From Syncephalis fuscata S228 (Eukaryota > Fungi > Zoopagomycota): DNA of 64,000 nt. Shown one piece after another: positions 1 to 15,600 of the stretch (position 1 is the stretch's first letter; the number at the start of each line of letters is the position of its first letter). The DNA lies in NCBI GenBank assembly GCA_025786725.1, contig JAHLTZ010000006.1, positions 620,001 to 684,000 on the forward strand, read 5' to 3'. The position numbers were made by a program, and so were the translations under genes. The notes beneath the pieces are model-generated. The model had not been told where the DNA came from. It searched no databases and saw only the letters and a list, made by a program, of their open reading frames with translations.

Positions 1-659
1 TTATTGCTTTGATACAGCGCTTTGGGCAGTGTTATAAATATTACGCACACACACAAATATTCCAACCCCCACATAGTTTCTAGGCAGCATACTAATACGA
101 AATTATTGAAAACATTCAATATAGGAAACAATAAATATTATAAATTATGGTGATATCGAAATGATATTTAATCATTGATGTTAATCCAATTTTAGTTTTT
201 TAAATTGGAATTGATTTACATTTGCTATTCAAACTAATGACAATTATTTTGCTATAGTGTTGCGATTATAATTTATAGGTTAGAAAGACGCATCAAATCG
301 TACGTATGTTTGCGTAGCAGTTAGCATAGACTACTTGGCAAGGCCTTGTTAATTATTAGGCCTTATTTTTCGCCTCAAGTAATTGCATAAATTAAATTAT
401 TGCCCAGCATCTATAATCGATAGTAAGTTTGTTTTTTTTGTTATATGCAGACAAGGCGGATAACACAAGTCACTATGTGGCAGATAGAGGCGAAAGCAGT
501 GAAAATTAACAGTGGCTAAAATCATACCTATTAGCAACATGGGTACACAAGTCCAAAGATATGAATTAATATGATTTATTTTTGGCTATTTAAATAGAAA
601 TTGGTTTACTTTAACAGCTCGATTACTTTTCTAACATTCAAGCTTCTGTCCACTTAATA

Positions 660-2170
660 ATGCATACCTCTAGGTTGGAATCAATTTTGGCTACATTGCC
701 GGCTGTTGATTATAGCTTGCTTTTCCAAAGTCTTGATGATGATATTTACTTGAGCTGGAATGCACCAACCGGTTAATACAAACAATTATACAACAATCAA
801 ATGAATACTGGCGTATATTGTATGGTAGGACATTTAACTGGAGATATGTTGAAAACGAAGAAAACTTTTTAGTTGCATATCGCACTGAAATCTGGTGTAA
901 AACTGGGCGTCCTTTAAATTCTACGCCTGAGGTATGGCACGGGGAAATGGGACATGCCGCATTTTTGGGAATAAATTGGAAAGAAGCATACAAGTATCGA
1001 TTAGCAATTAGCAAGCACTGGAACGCAGGACTTTATCGAAGTTTTTTTTACCATTTGTCTGAACCAGAGTCGAGTGTATTTTCCATTTCTTATCCACGCT
1101 GTATTCCACATGAACCAGTTTACTTTAGATGGGAGAGCAGTATTTCAGATTTATCGGCACAAAGGCGGTACTTGGAGCCGATTAGAAATCAATTAAATCT
1201 TTTTCTTGGCGAGCCGATCGAAATATCTGCTTTATCCGACAATAGCGCAAATATTTGTGCTAACTACATCAACTGTTATTATTCAATGATTGAGTTTAAA
1301 AATAGGCGGTTTATTTATTCTCAAGACAAGTTGATGCCACTAGATCTACCATTTAGCACTGAAAGTTATATGCTGGTTTTTCATAGTGCAATTGGTCGAT
1401 GGGCAATTTATTGCACAAGAGAAAACCCTTCATCTTATTTCTTAGTCAATTTGGCTACTGCACAGCGCTATTCTATACCCAAGAATTGTACAGCGAATAT
1501 TATGTTGGATACAGCCAACGACAAAGAATTGACCATTTTGACATTTACAAGCATGACGGGCTCTCAATATCGATGGAAGTATATAAAATTTACGCCGAAT
1601 TCATCAAAGCTTGAAATAGAGACACTTGATCGTGGTAGTTTGCAGCTTGAAGATGCAAAGGAGCTGCTCACCGTTTCTTTACTGGGTAGCGGTTACATCA
1701 AAGCGTTTTGCAAATCAATCATTAGTACAAACTTCTCTATAGATATTTTTGCATTTAACGTAACGTCTAAACAACCGTTCAAAAAAATTGGCAGCTATAA
1801 CCACAGCCAAACTGCCTATCGTATAAAACGAAATGCTGCACTTATTATGCATGCTACTTATTGCAACGTCATCAGTTTAAAGACTGGCGATGTACAGTAT
1901 TCATTTAAGTTTGATGGCGTTACTGATCCTTTAGAATCTGACTTTTCAGGCAATATATTTGCTACTCCAATGTTAAGTACCATTTTCTGTATTAGAAATA
2001 GTAGCTACTCGTCGTTTTATATCAACGGTTGTTCCGATCAGCAATTACGAATGCCAAATGTTGATCTGGATTTTTCTGAATTTGTTTCCAAACGTTCTTC
2101 GACACAAAGTGTTTTGACAGCTTTTGTATCAGATAGAGAAACGTTAGAATTCGGCCTTGACTCAGAATAA
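660..2170 (+). CDS. F-box-like protein (N-terminal F-box-like segment plus beta-rich C-terminal region), with a frameshift at ~745
   Basis: ATG at 660 gives MHTSRLESILATLPAVDYSLLFQSLDDDI. Restoring one T in the TTT run at 745-747 continues as LLELECTNRLIQTIIQQSNEYWRILYGRTF into the 818..2170 ORF. The LP...L...L.C...W..LY pattern is F-box-like. No introns seen. Confidence 0.55.
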
Positions 2171-3114
2171 AAGTTTATCACAAACAGAATAGTAATAAGC
2201 ATCTGCAAAACGGCTGTATCAGACACATCTGGGCATACGGCAAGTAAAGCCGTGCCACGTTTTATATAGACGGGTGCAAGGTTACATGTACCATTCTACA
2301 TACAAAGCAGGCAGTTTAGCAAGTGAATGAACATAATATAGCATAAACAATAAATTATGTTCCAATCCGCAGACTATTGTAGCAATAGACATGTAATTGG
2401 TTGCTAACCGATATCTAAATAGGTTATTATACTAGTGTGCTATTGCTCCATTTTAGTCTAATTTTATAACATGTGTATTTAGCAACTATTTTTATTTGAA
2501 ACAAGCAGTACTGTTGCAATGTAATATAATCATTGCCACCGAGTTAATTAGTGTAGATTGCGCACTAAATTGATGTTGTTATTTCGTTCGAGTTTCTCAT
2601 TTACTTTGAAGCTGTCCCTGCAGATTTTTCTCCTTTTGAATTGTGACCCGTGTTTTTGCTAGTATGAAACTCTGACCATATGCTATGGCCTCTTTGAACA
2701 GTGTATATTATCACACCATCCCCTCAACCAGAAATCAGTATACTGGTGTAACAATGAGGTGTTTAGGAGAAAGTATTATAACGGTTTATTGTTTTAATTA
2801 TGCTGGTGTATTTGTATTTTCATACTATGTCGTATCCATTACCTATTTTTATTTGAAACGATTAACTGTAATGTTTCATATCTACCATTCAGTATTCTAC
2901 ACCATCAAGCTTGACAAATTACTTTGCGCCAATTTAGAACGAATTAAAACTGACGCGTGCTCATTTTTCACTATAAATACTAAAGTAGTTGACAGTTGTT
3001 TGTAAAAAATTATACAACGCAACATCTCACTCTTCTATACCTGACATCAATAGATAACACGGCCGGACCTTTATCTTATACTATACACGTGAACAACTAA
3101 ACAATACTTTCAAT

Positions 3115-4381
3115 ATGACCAAATCTGGCATTTCTACTATTATTGCTATTTGTGCAGCTATGATGCTGTCTAGCATGCCAACAATTGACGCTATTGATGG
3201 GAAAACTGGTGGTAAGTTATAAATTACGGCATTTATTAATGTTAACAAAACATGCATCTGCTAGGTCCAGTTTTGCCTGATGGAGTCGGAAACGTATATT
3301 TAGCTAATCCAAAAGTACAAGCCCAAGTTGGATTGAAGACGCCAGTCAGATGGACCACTTCAACTGACAGAATAGGTCTTGGTTATGCAAAATGGGGAAC
3401 TCAAGACGCTTTTGTTAAATGCATACCCAGTAGCGATAGGCTCACAGTCGAAACCAGAGCTTTTAGTGTAAGCATGTAGTTAAAAATACAAAAGCAATGC
3501 ATTACTGACATGTTATTTAGATGCTGAATGCATTTAAATCTAAAGGAAAAGGCATTCTAGGAAACAATAACATTGCTCAGCCGCTAAATCAATTTAATAT
3601 CCCAAAAGGCTTTTGGAAAATAGAGGCCAATTGCTTTATCTACGAGCTCGCATATGGCAATACATTAGAAGAGTTTGCTATTGGTAAAAGCTGGCAAGAA
3701 AAGGCTAGGTATATACCTCAACTATTTCAACAAGTAATGCTGGGTAAGTATCTATTGTGCTTAAATGATGAAATATTAATTGCTATCATTGAATATAGGC
3801 ATGCTATATTTGCGCCGTGCGGGTATTATACACAATGATATTGCTCCTAAAAGTAAGTTTTATAAATTTCAAAAATAACATGCTAATCACTTGGTTTAGA
3901 TATTGTTGCTGGAGTCAATCCTATAACTAAGAAATTCAATGTAAAAATCATCGACTACGATTTTGTTCAATTTGCCAAGGCAGCAATAAGTTTTATTCCA
4001 CCTAAAATACTTAAACAATCCAGCAAAGATGGACAAATAGCTGGCTGTAACAAAGATAATCGTAGCATTGCTACCTCAATTTATTATACAATTACTGAAG
4101 CACATCCTGACGCCGGTCTTGATGACCCAATAAAAGAAGCAATTGACATGTTGGTCTATAACTTTAATGCATTAGAGAAGGGTGCGCCACTTAAGCCTGG
4201 CAACAAATATATTGATTCAAAAAATAGAGTGCCGAAATATCTTACCACAGCGGATAAACAATATGCAACTGCACTATCACCTCTTATAAAGGTTATGGTA
4301 TCGTTTTTTTCAAAAGAATATGATAACTGCTCTATTGAGGCTGAAGTATTGGCTTTATTGGGAATAACTAATTTCAAATAA
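3115..4381 (+). CDS. Secreted atypical protein kinase-like protein (5 exons)
   Basis: Exons 3115-3211, 3265-3467, 3521-3743, 3799-3852 and 3900-4381 are joined by GT-AG introns. Signal peptide MTKSGISTIIAICAAMMLSSMPTIDA; kinase motifs AFVKC, GMLYLRRAGIIHNDIAPKN and VKIIDYD. Confidence 0.8.
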
Positions 4382-4866
4382 ACTGAAAGTTAAAACTGGA
4401 ATATAATGAATAAATTGTGTGTAATTGAATTGTTCATGCTAGTGTATTGAGCCAATTACACTGTAATAATCATGATTACATTTGCCATAAAGTAAGCCAT
4501 TGATAACTTGATTTTTTTATGCGTAAGTAATTTAACACTAAAAAATATATTATTTATCAAATTATAATCTAATTATTATATTAGCGTCAATAGCAACTGG
4601 CGATAAATTTGTTATACTTTGATATGACTATCACTAAATACATGATTTAATGTAGACTGTGTACGCGTATTATTTCATATCTGTACTAAATAAATCACGT
4701 GCAGATTAACACAATAGTTAATTAACAAATAGTTAGACATCTTTGATTTACCGTCTAATTATTCTCTTTATTTTGTGTTATTTTATTATCGCGTCGATTC
4801 ATGTTTTCTGTTGTTACTTGGCATTTATACGTCTTTTGCAATTGATACTTGTATACTTGTCCCCTA

Positions 4867-7800
4867 ATGCCACAACCAAAGAATAATCTTACGGTACAAC
4901 TGGGCTGGTATCAAACTACTGTCCAATCTTCCTTGACAGCTCGACAAACAAGTGAATTATTGGCACGCTTGAAGAATGACTATGAACATACGTATCAATT
5001 GTACCAAGAGCGCCAAAACCGTACACAAAGCGGCACTACGGCTGTTTCAATAGCATCTAAACCAGTCTCGTCTATTAACAACATGATTGCAATTAGTAAT
5101 GCGGACCAAGCTATAATTCATTTGCTGGCGGTAAGCGTACCAATACTTCACTACATAATACAACAATATCTAGGTAATAGCAATAATTTTACACTTATTT
5201 AATAATAATAATTGAAAATAGTAATTTTAGTATTAAACAAACCAATGCACAAACATTACAAACAGACCAAGTCGAGGGTCACTTGCAATCAAATACAGCT
5301 TTTGGAACAATTAATGTAAGTTACTCGTAATTGATACATTTATACTGGATTATAACCATAGTTTAGACAACATCCGAAACATCTGGATTTTTTGATAGCA
5401 ATAACAACAATGGTATTATTGACCGAACACAACGATTAAGGGCAATTAAAAGAACTGGTCATAATAAACAACAAATAACAACTAACAATAACATATTAAA
5501 TGGTAATTTGTTGAAATGTGCCATTAATTATATTAATTAGTATTATAAACATAGAGACTCCCAAAAATAGCCGTAAATCAGCTGTTGATGATAGCATTAT
5601 GGGCTGTTCACCGCAATTTGCCCTTATGATCAATGATGACGATGAAGAATTTCCAGTTTTTGAAATAGATGAACAACAAATGGCTGATCTACCTTTGGTA
5701 ATATATATATATATATATATATGCAATATGTAAATAATACTAATATTGTTGTTTAGAATGTTTATGATAATTGCGATACGGTTTTAAATGAAGAACTAGC
5801 CGAGTCGACCAATATTAATCCTAAATCAACCTTATCTGAATCAACTGTAGCAAGTACACCACAACAACAACAAAATTGGTCAAGGCCATTAGTGTTAAAT
5901 GAAGAAAATACTGAACTTGATAGATTAATTGCACGGCGACAAAAGATTAGCGATGAAATATGTGAATTGGAAGATGAAACAGAAGAAGACAGCAATAATG
6001 CAAATATTAGACTCAAGTTAAAACAACTTAAATTAGAACGGTTAGTGTGAAGAAATATAAATGTAATTATTAATAAAATATTAATAACGTTGATTTAGTA
6101 ATGAAATAAAACGACAAATCACTCAATTGAAAGCATTTCAAGCTGATCGTTCATTTAAATCTTCTACCGACACACTTGTTACTGCCACGGATATGACAGG
6201 CCATTCAACTAGTATGCCTCTAATAATAGATACTACTACTGAACAACATTCAACTGATACATCGATGATTAATGAACTATCTGAAATGGTACTGCCTCAA
6301 ATCGATAACAATCTATCGGTAGAACTACCTCCTAGTCCAGATATATATGATGCGCCAAATATACCACATGAGGATTTTGGCGATATTGTTGGCGATGAAG
6401 ATGATGGTTATTTAATGGCAGGAGATATATTGGACAAGCATTCAAGTAATCTAGAAACTGCATATCGTTCTAATATAGTCAATCCAGCTACTTTTAAACA
6501 AGGTATATGCATAGAGTCTGTATGCACTATATTATTGCTAACTATTATACATTAGATGAATCTACCACTTTCACTACTTCCATGCCATTCGAATCTAATA
6601 CAAGATCTATTATTAGTCATGATCCAATACCACTGCCATCCTATACAACAGCAACAACAACAGCAGTAGCAACATCTTTATATAACTCGGATACTCCTTT
6701 AACTCAAGTTGAGAGTATTCCATTAAATACAAATCATGCTGGAATGCAGCATTCATGGTCACGCGATGTCCAAAAGGCTCTAATGCAGGTGTTTAATTTA
6801 AAGGGATTTCGACACAACCAACTAGAAGCTATTAATGCAACATTAAGTGGTAATGATGTATTTGTATTGATGCCAACTGGAGGTGGTAAAAGTCTTTGTT
6901 ATCAGCTCCCTGCTGTTGTGCCATCAGGTGCCACTAAAGGGTTGACTATTGTGGTATCGCCGCTATTATCGCTAATGCAAGATCAAGTACAAAAACTTGT
7001 TGGTCTAGGTGTACCTACACTATCCATCAATAGTAATTTGTCAGCTGCTCAGCGTCGATTTGCATTCTCTGAACTATTCCGACAAAATCTACGAGCCAAA
7101 TTACTCTATGTAACGCCGGAAATGATGTCGAAAAGTCCAAAATTTCAAGAACTGCTAAGTCATCTACACGAGCACCAGTTATTGGCACGATTTGTAATTG
7201 ATGAGGCTCATTGTGTCAGTCAATGGGGCCACGACTTTCGACCTGACTATAAACTACTTGGTGATCTAAAACAACAATATCCTCGTGTGCCAATGATTGC
7301 TTTGACAGCCACTGCTAATGCCAAGGTACAAATGGATGTGTTGGAGAACTTGAATATGCGCGGATGTGATACATTTTCACAAAGCTTTAATCGTGTCAAC
7401 CTTTATTATGAAGTGCGCCCGAAGAAGAAAAACTTTTTGAGCGATATCTATGCCTATATTACCGCAAATCATGCAGGACAATCTGGTATCATATATTGTA
7501 CATCTAAGAAGAATTGTGAAGATGTGGCCAGTCAATTACGAGAGAAATATCGCTTGGCCGTAACGCATTACCACGCCGGTCTTGACAAGACTGAACGTTC
7601 ACACGTTCAAACTGACTGGCAATCTGGTCGAGTTCACATTATTGTAGCAACGATTGCATTTGGTATGGGCATTGATAAGCCAGATGTACGATTTGTCATT
7701 CATTATTCAATACCGAAATCAATGGAAGGTTACTACCAAGAAACGGGACGAGCTGGCCGTGATGGCTTACCCGCCACCTGTGTTCTATTCTACAATTATA

Positions 7801-9553
7801 TGGATAAAAAGACCCACGAGTTTCTTATTGATCAAGGAGATGGCGATTATCGTCTTAAAGAGCTACAAAAGGCAAATCTTAGTCAAGTAATTCAATACTG
7901 TGAGAATACGGCGGATTGTCGACGATTGCAAGTACTCGCTTATTTCGGTGAACGATTCAGTGCATCTCAGTGTAATAAGACTTGCGATAACTGTAGATCG
8001 GATGTACGAGTAGAACGACGTGATTTAACGGATGTTTCAAAGATTATTGTTCAAATGGTAGAAAAATATCAACGAGCTCATATTACACTATTACAATTTG
8101 TTGATTTATTCCGTGGCTATCGTACAGTAAGAAATAAGATCCATGATTATGGACAGGTACCTGGATTTGGTGCCGGTAAAGCATATAGTAAAACAGACGC
8201 CGAACGTATATTTCGCTTTCTCGAATTACAAGATGTATTTAAGGAAAAGAACGAAAAGACCGCTAAAGGTTTTATTATTTCGCATTTAATAGTAAGCAGA
8301 GGATAATAGTGGCTATTAGCAGTGGTTATATTAATACTATGCTATTTAGTTAAGTAAAAAGGCATATAGTGTTAAAAATGGATCCTTTTCAATTATCATT
8401 CCATGGATTATTGATGCAAGTATTATGACACAATCACAAGTATTTAGTAGTAAAGCTATTAACTGATATGTATGTGCACACTATAGAATAAGAAGGCAGC
8501 TGGTAAACGTCCTGAGAAGCGGTCAAGTAAAGCGAATCAACCATCGACCAATCTATTACAATCGTGGGCGGCACCGACTGCTGGTAGAACAGTCAAATCG
8601 ACAGCCATGGCTGGAACTCGATTAACCGACTTTGCCGCCACTCCTCATCAAGTACCGTCAATGGGTCGGGTCAATACAGCCCCAAGTAAAGCAGCATCAC
8701 CTCGGGTTAATACCGCTGAAAATGATTGTTTAGAAGCATTACGTTCACTGCGTACACAAGTAATTATGCTATATATATGATAATGAGCACTAATAGCTAA
8801 CATATATAAATATTATTGCAGTTATGTAATCAACGCAATGTTCTACCAAATACTATATTTAGCGATACAGCTCTTTGTCGTATGGTAAGCTATTCATAAT
8901 TATAATAATAAAAGAGTAAAAGTCTATTAAATACAACTACTTACTAATCTACATAACTATATTTAGGCCAAACTCATGCCTACTGGTAAATAACCATTTA
9001 ATTAGTTAATATACATTGATTATTAAATATTACATTATAGGTATTATAGATTTCTTAAAGATTCCAGGTGTAACTGAAGCAAAATATAATCAATTTGGAC
9101 AAGAATTCTTAGCAACAATTAAACAACATGCTAGCAAGAATACAACACTCAAAAGGTAATAAAATTAATAGATAATTAAACTAAATATATATATAATTGA
9201 TGGTATATAATAAATATAGACCGGCTACTTCAGCTTCAACATCAACGAATGATGACGATCAAAGTGTATTTATAAATAGTAAGTAATATTTATAAATGAC
9301 ATTATACCATTATTAATTACCTAATTAATACTAATGTATAGATATGACAAAGAAAGCCACAACTACGAAGCGCAAGAAAACAACAACAACAACAACAGGC
9401 ACTAATCGTAGTCGTAATAATACCACAGCAATAGGAAAGACAAATAGATCAACCAAGTCAAGTAGCAATACATCGGCTAGTTCAACCAATCAAACATCAT
9501 CCTCTTATTCAAATTCATTTATTCGTCCAGTAATGCCAAATGTACAAAAATAA
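4867..9553 (+). CDS. SGS1: RecQ family DNA helicase (Sgs1/BLM-like), multi-exon
   Basis: MPTGGGKSLCYQLP, VIDEAHCVSQWGHDFRPDY, ATIAFGMGIDKPDVRFVIH and YYQETGRAGRDG; RQC zinc site CRR...CDNC; HRDC-like exons at ~8720-9150; Sgs1-like N-terminus PKNNL..QLGW. Confidence 0.95.
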
Positions 9554-9641
9554 AATGATACAAATAATTGAATTATTTATCATTTCATAGCCTTCTTATT
9601 AATACTACTACTAGCAGTATTATAATATGTTGTCTACATAT

Positions 9642-12600
9642 TTAACTTGTGCTAATAAGTGTATAACAATCAACACTGGCCCAATAACAAGGAATAGCAT
9701 TTGATTGTAAAGTGACCGTATCTAATTAATCATGTTATGATTAGTTTAAACAATTACCAAGTAGTATTTCCATTTTCTTACCACTAACGTAATAAGGCTT
9801 CGCTTTACTAAATAGACCAACATTTTGTGGCATAATCAAATAACGACGTGTAATCGCATTAATGGTTATTAGATAATCAAGTACACTACGTAATTCGACA
9901 TAAGTAAAAGCAGCATTTAACTGTCTTAGCAATCGATCCTATAATAATCAATATGAATATACCACTTCTAGTAGTCATTTTAAAAAGACGCACCTCTTGA
10001 ACACCCGGTCGATATAGAATGGCATCAATTACTGCTCGTTGACATGTCCACCAAATGTGTTCATCACGTCGACCGTAAATGTCATACCATTGACGGGGTG
10101 GTACCCGTTTTGTACTCGATACAATTTGTCCATCCGCTACCGATGACAGTACCGGTAAACACCAACTATCGGCATATACACGGGCTACATAACAAATAGT
10201 ATGAATACCGGCGAGTATTACTGTTTCTGACTCCACTAGTTGACGAAGTATATAATCAAGTTGATCACAGGTCATACTAGTCGATTCAACCAATAGTGCA
10301 TTGGCCAATTCAGCTGTTGTCATGCCAGATTCACCTGCTTTATCTAACAGAGTAAGTATTTGGTCCTTTTCATCATCTAGTAAGGGCGGTGATGTTGGTT
10401 CATTGAGTTCATCACTCCTCGTTGTAGATGCTTTCTCTACATAAATACCCGTTTCTATTTAATAATAATGGCCATTTAATATTTAATAATCAATGTTTAA
10501 TAAATTAAAGTAATAGTTAATCTTACCAATTGGCTTTTCTGGTTGATAAAGATTTGATGGATCCATAAATGATTCAATAATATGTGGTTGAATATTAATC
10601 TAATAACATTGTTGTTATTAATATATAAATATAATTACTGTTACACTTACCTTATTACTGGTCAACATTGATAAATAGGCAAAAACATGACCACTTTCTG
10701 GGAAATTAGACATTAATGTCGATGTATTTGTATGACATAATTCCTTATTAAATATTCTTGCTTCTTCAAGCATGGTTAATCCAAAGTGACCATCCATTAC
10801 AATGCGATATCTACTATACAATTGGTATACTCAATAGACTGTGTTGCCATCTACCTACCTATCGGAAAGTAAAAAGTTACGACCAGGAATATTACGACCA
10901 TACAGTCCATATCTACCACGTACAATAGTATTTATTTGATAAGACTCTAGCATAGCTTGTCCCACAATATCATCGCTATTACAATGTCCAGATAGTTCCA
11001 TTAGTAAATTACGTGCTCCCGATGGATTATAATCCTCGTCCGGTGTCAATAAAATCATCTATATTACGGTTAATATAAATAATATATAATAAAGCTATTT
11101 AATTACTTGCCTTAATCAATACTAAAACACATTGGCATATAAACACTTCCATAAATTGCGTTGTATCTTTAATACGATGGTAATTATTGCCAATCATATT
11201 CATATTGGCTTCTCGCCATCTCTCTGCCGTAATAGAAGTTTCTTTTCTTTCTTCTAATTGATATGAGGTTGACAAAGGTCGACGCCAGAAACAAGTATAT
11301 GGAAATGATAAATAGACTTGTAATCGACGACTCATTGTTTGGTTAGAGTCGGAGAATAGATCAATAGGGTCACTGTCAATAACATTGTACATTGAGTCAT
11401 GACTTGTACCGTGTTGTGCTATATTACTATTATTAATAACTGGCATCGATACAAGTCTATAATGCTTAAGTGCTTCTTTTAGACTAACTGGCTGTGTTAA
11501 TGATAATAGCGGTAGAGTTCTATTCATTATTAACTAGTATTAGTATCGTCTATATTATAGGATGAGTAATCGCAAACCTACCCATGTTGTTGTTGATTTT
11601 GCTGTTGTTGATATTGTTTAAATGCTTTATAGAAATAATCTACTTTATGTTGGAATAGTAATATTTCAGCAGCCTCCTTGTCATTAGCTGTAGTGGCCGG
11701 TGTATCTTCACTTTCACCCTGTTCGATAGTCGTATTTGTATCAATTGCTGTTGTTGTTAATGACGCTAATGTCAATTTGGATGTTGATGACTGATGAATA
11801 GGTGGCAATTCACCCGATGCAATACCCATTAAATACAATTGAGGCCAACTATTGACAATAGACTGAGTCGATCTAATTGGGCAGGTCGTCTTAATAGAAT
11901 CTGTGTTCTACGTCGACAATTATCTGAATCACGATTAGGAATGGCCGTTGCTAATTTAACCCATGATAATGTATTCGTATCTAGTGTACGCCGTATAGCA
12001 TAAGCATGTAGTAGACGGTCATCTTCTTCCGGTAGCCAGTCAGCCTTTTGACGTCTTCTCGGTACTTTATACGGTGGACGGCGTGGTAGTTCAGCACGGG
12101 TTAATGTGCCATTAGGCATTGCTTGTATTAAATGTTGTAAATGAGCTTGTCTATTACGATAAATACGGCGAAGAGCAAGATCTTTCGGCTCATGAGGTGC
12201 TTTGTTGCTAGTAGAACCTGCTACTTCTTCGTCTGCATCTTCTTCGTCTGCATCTTCTTCATCTTCATCGCCACTTGCTTGCAGCGATAATTGTTGTTGT
12301 TTACGCTGTCTTCGTTTACGGTATCGATTCTTACGTGCTTGAGACCGTTCAATATGTCGTTCTTCAATATAGCGATAGTATGCTTTAACTCTAGCCACTG
12401 ATATATCAAGTGTTTCAGCAATTGCTTCACAACGTGGTGTATCCATTAATGGCGTCCATCCTGTTAATCGATCAATACTGGCATTAAGAATAGCGCGTTG
12501 TTCCGAGGTAAATCGTTCTGCCTGTTGCCAGTTACGCTTATCGACTACAAAGGCTAATGGATCCTCCGAGGACATGACTAGACGTCGTTTACGTCTTTTC

Positions 12601-15600
12601 ATTAATGGTCGGCCTGTATCATCGCGCGGTATCGGTATAAGATCTTCTTTAGGTGCAGCGTGTAATACCAAATACTGAACTTCATCCCAGAATCGAGTAG
12701 CATCAAGTAGCTGACGTAGATTAACATTGCGCAATAGTGCTCGATCAGCCCGTTGATTACTATAATCATAGAGTGGTACTTGTTCGCACAATTGATAGAT
12801 TGGCAATAGTGTCGTTGTATATTGTTCAGGACTGGCCACTGTACCATCAATTTGTAACGGTTTAATTAGCTTCATAGCAATTAGAAAGCTTAATAAACGC
12901 CGTAATTGTCGTCGTAGTCGATCATGTCGAGCAAATAGAAATGTACGTAATTCAACGCTTAAACTTGATAGTTTCTGTTGTCTGGCCTGTGGCTGTTCAG
13001 CCAGAAATGTATCAACGGCTGTACATTTAAATCCATAACCAACCACTTTAAGAAATAAACCCAAAGGCATATCACAAAATAGAGTGACCGTTTCAATGTT
13101 ACGTTCACCGTATTGTTCAAATAACTCGAATAGATGTAGATGTATCAATCTAATTCGTACCATACGCTGTCGTAGCCATCCATTATTATAGGCATGATGA
13201 ATCCAATTTCTTTTGGCTTTCAATGCGGCACGATTTGCTGCAGCTGAAGTTGTTGCCGTATTAAAAGCAGTAGAAGGCTTGTCTATGGTAGCCACATTAT
13301 CATTGATCTGTATTTTAGGCGTAAGCGTTGGATGGCTCTTCATAGACATTTCATGTCGAATATTAAGTATTACTTCTTTAACTTGATCAGAATCCGGATT
13401 GATAGATGGATGCATATAAATAGTGCGTAATAGCTGATTACCGATAAGTAATGGAATATTAATGGTTAATTGTTTTAATTTGCCCTCAACTTCCAATGCT
13501 TGAACTGTTCGATAAATAGTACGTCGATCTATTTTATACTCGGTGGATTGACCAGATGTAATTAATTTCTGTTGATATCGTTCAGTCAATTCAAGATCAG
13601 TGATTATTTTAACTTCTTCAAATAATTCAATTAAATTCAATTTACGTCTTTCCATGGTAATATTATTTCTACCGTGTTGTACAACATGTCCATGGGGTTT
13701 CTTTTTGGGCGTGGATACTTTTTGTTCAATAGTTAATTAACATTGTTTATACTATTATACTATTATACCATTATACTATTATATATTTACCTGTATCATT
13801 TAATGAATCAGAAGTGGTGGTGGTGGTTGTATTAACAGTTTCAATTGATAGTGCAGATGATGGTAAAGCGGAAACGGCTACATTTTTTACAATATTTTCA
13901 GTTACCGTCTAGATATAAAGTACACATTAATATATTAATATATTAATGTATTAATATAATTACTACTCTATTAATTCACTTACATCTACAGTGGTAGGTG
14001 TTTTGATATTTGGTGTTGCTATGGCTGCACTTGTCGTGTTGGTTATCATCTTTTTATTGGATTTTGTTGATTGTGAAGGTAATCCTTCTTGTTTCATAAA
14101 TTGATCATAGGATTCAGGAGAAAAATATCGATATCGACGTGATCTACCGGCAAATTCAACTGCTCTTACTACATTAACTGCTTTATTGGATGTTAAGGCA
14201 AGTGCAGTATTCTCGGCTATTTGACGGGCTAGTAATTTACTATCGCTTATATTTTCAAGATATCGTTGTAATATTTTATTACCCGGATGTCCTAATTGAT
14301 GCGATAGTTCCTATTATTATATAGTCAGATTTATAAAGTCTATTTAATGTGTAATATGCCAATTACTTGAAGAGTGACTCCCTTATCTCCTGATTGTTGA
14401 ATACGCCAATAGACTTGGATATCTGGTGAATAGAGCATCGACATGCCTTCATTTTTATCTACCAATGTTCTATCTTCTCCACCACCGGGACCTTTTAAAT
14501 AACTGATTAGCCACTTGATAATTATATACTATATTATATATACCTTTAACACCAAAAAATAGAGACCTGGATACAGAGGAGGGTATAGTAAATGGTAATA
14601 ATAACCGAACACATTTCTCCACGTCTTTACCATCCTCGCGGGGTATTTCCAATGCTTCAAGATAGCCATTAATAGTTAGATAGCCAATAGTACGTCTAAA
14701 CCATTTAATACAAGCTGAATCGCCCGCATCAACCAACTAAATAATAATTAGTTTTATATATATATATATATACATATAATATAATATATAATAGATTAAT
14801 ATATTTAATTACCAGTGCTTGTCTTAATTGTTTAATTGATAGTGTACGATTAGGTACAGTGGCCAGAATATCTGTCACCCCTTGTCGTACAAGATTTGAT
14901 TGCCATTTCTCTTGTGTTTGTCCTTTACGTAATGCTGCCGTGAAGGCTGTCAACTCTTCACCTATTTCCTCGCCCTCCTTTTCTCGTTCCGATTCTACAA
15001 TTTCTTCACGTTTTCTCTTATTGGATATTGATGCTTGTTTCTGTTTAATCGATATCAATTGTGCTCGATAAGAATCATTTAATGGTGCAAAATGCGTATG
15101 TAGACATAGATTGGTATTGTTTTTTTGAAAGACTAAATTGACCTTTTTACTAATACAAACAGTATTAATATAACAACAGTGTATTTTCAATCACTTACAC
15201 CAGATTCAATATGCTTAATTGTTTAATAATATGAAATACAGATTGAGCACCAATATGAAGTATCTGATGTAATTCCACTTGAGTAATACCACGCTCTCTT
15301 CTACGGGCCACTGCTTCTAATACACGCCAATTGGTATCGGTAATAGATGTGCCCTATTTATAGTTATTTATATTAATATTGGTATTTAGTCTAAATAGAT
15401 GTATATTTATAGTCATACATCACTGGCACCGGCAATCAGTCGACGTCGATAAGTGTAGTCTGCTATTAATCGTTCCTCTCCATCTGCATAAAGTGTATTC
15501 ATTGCAGTTGGTGTATTGGAAGACTGTCATTATTAATAATATTATTATTGTTATTGTTATTAAATAACTGTAATCCATATAATAGACTTGTATTTAGTTA

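Noticed and set aside
3062-3074. GCCGGACCTTTAT shared with the LPMO copy 4 promoter (48871)
   Set aside because: Short, and in opposite orientation relative to the two genes; likely coincidence.
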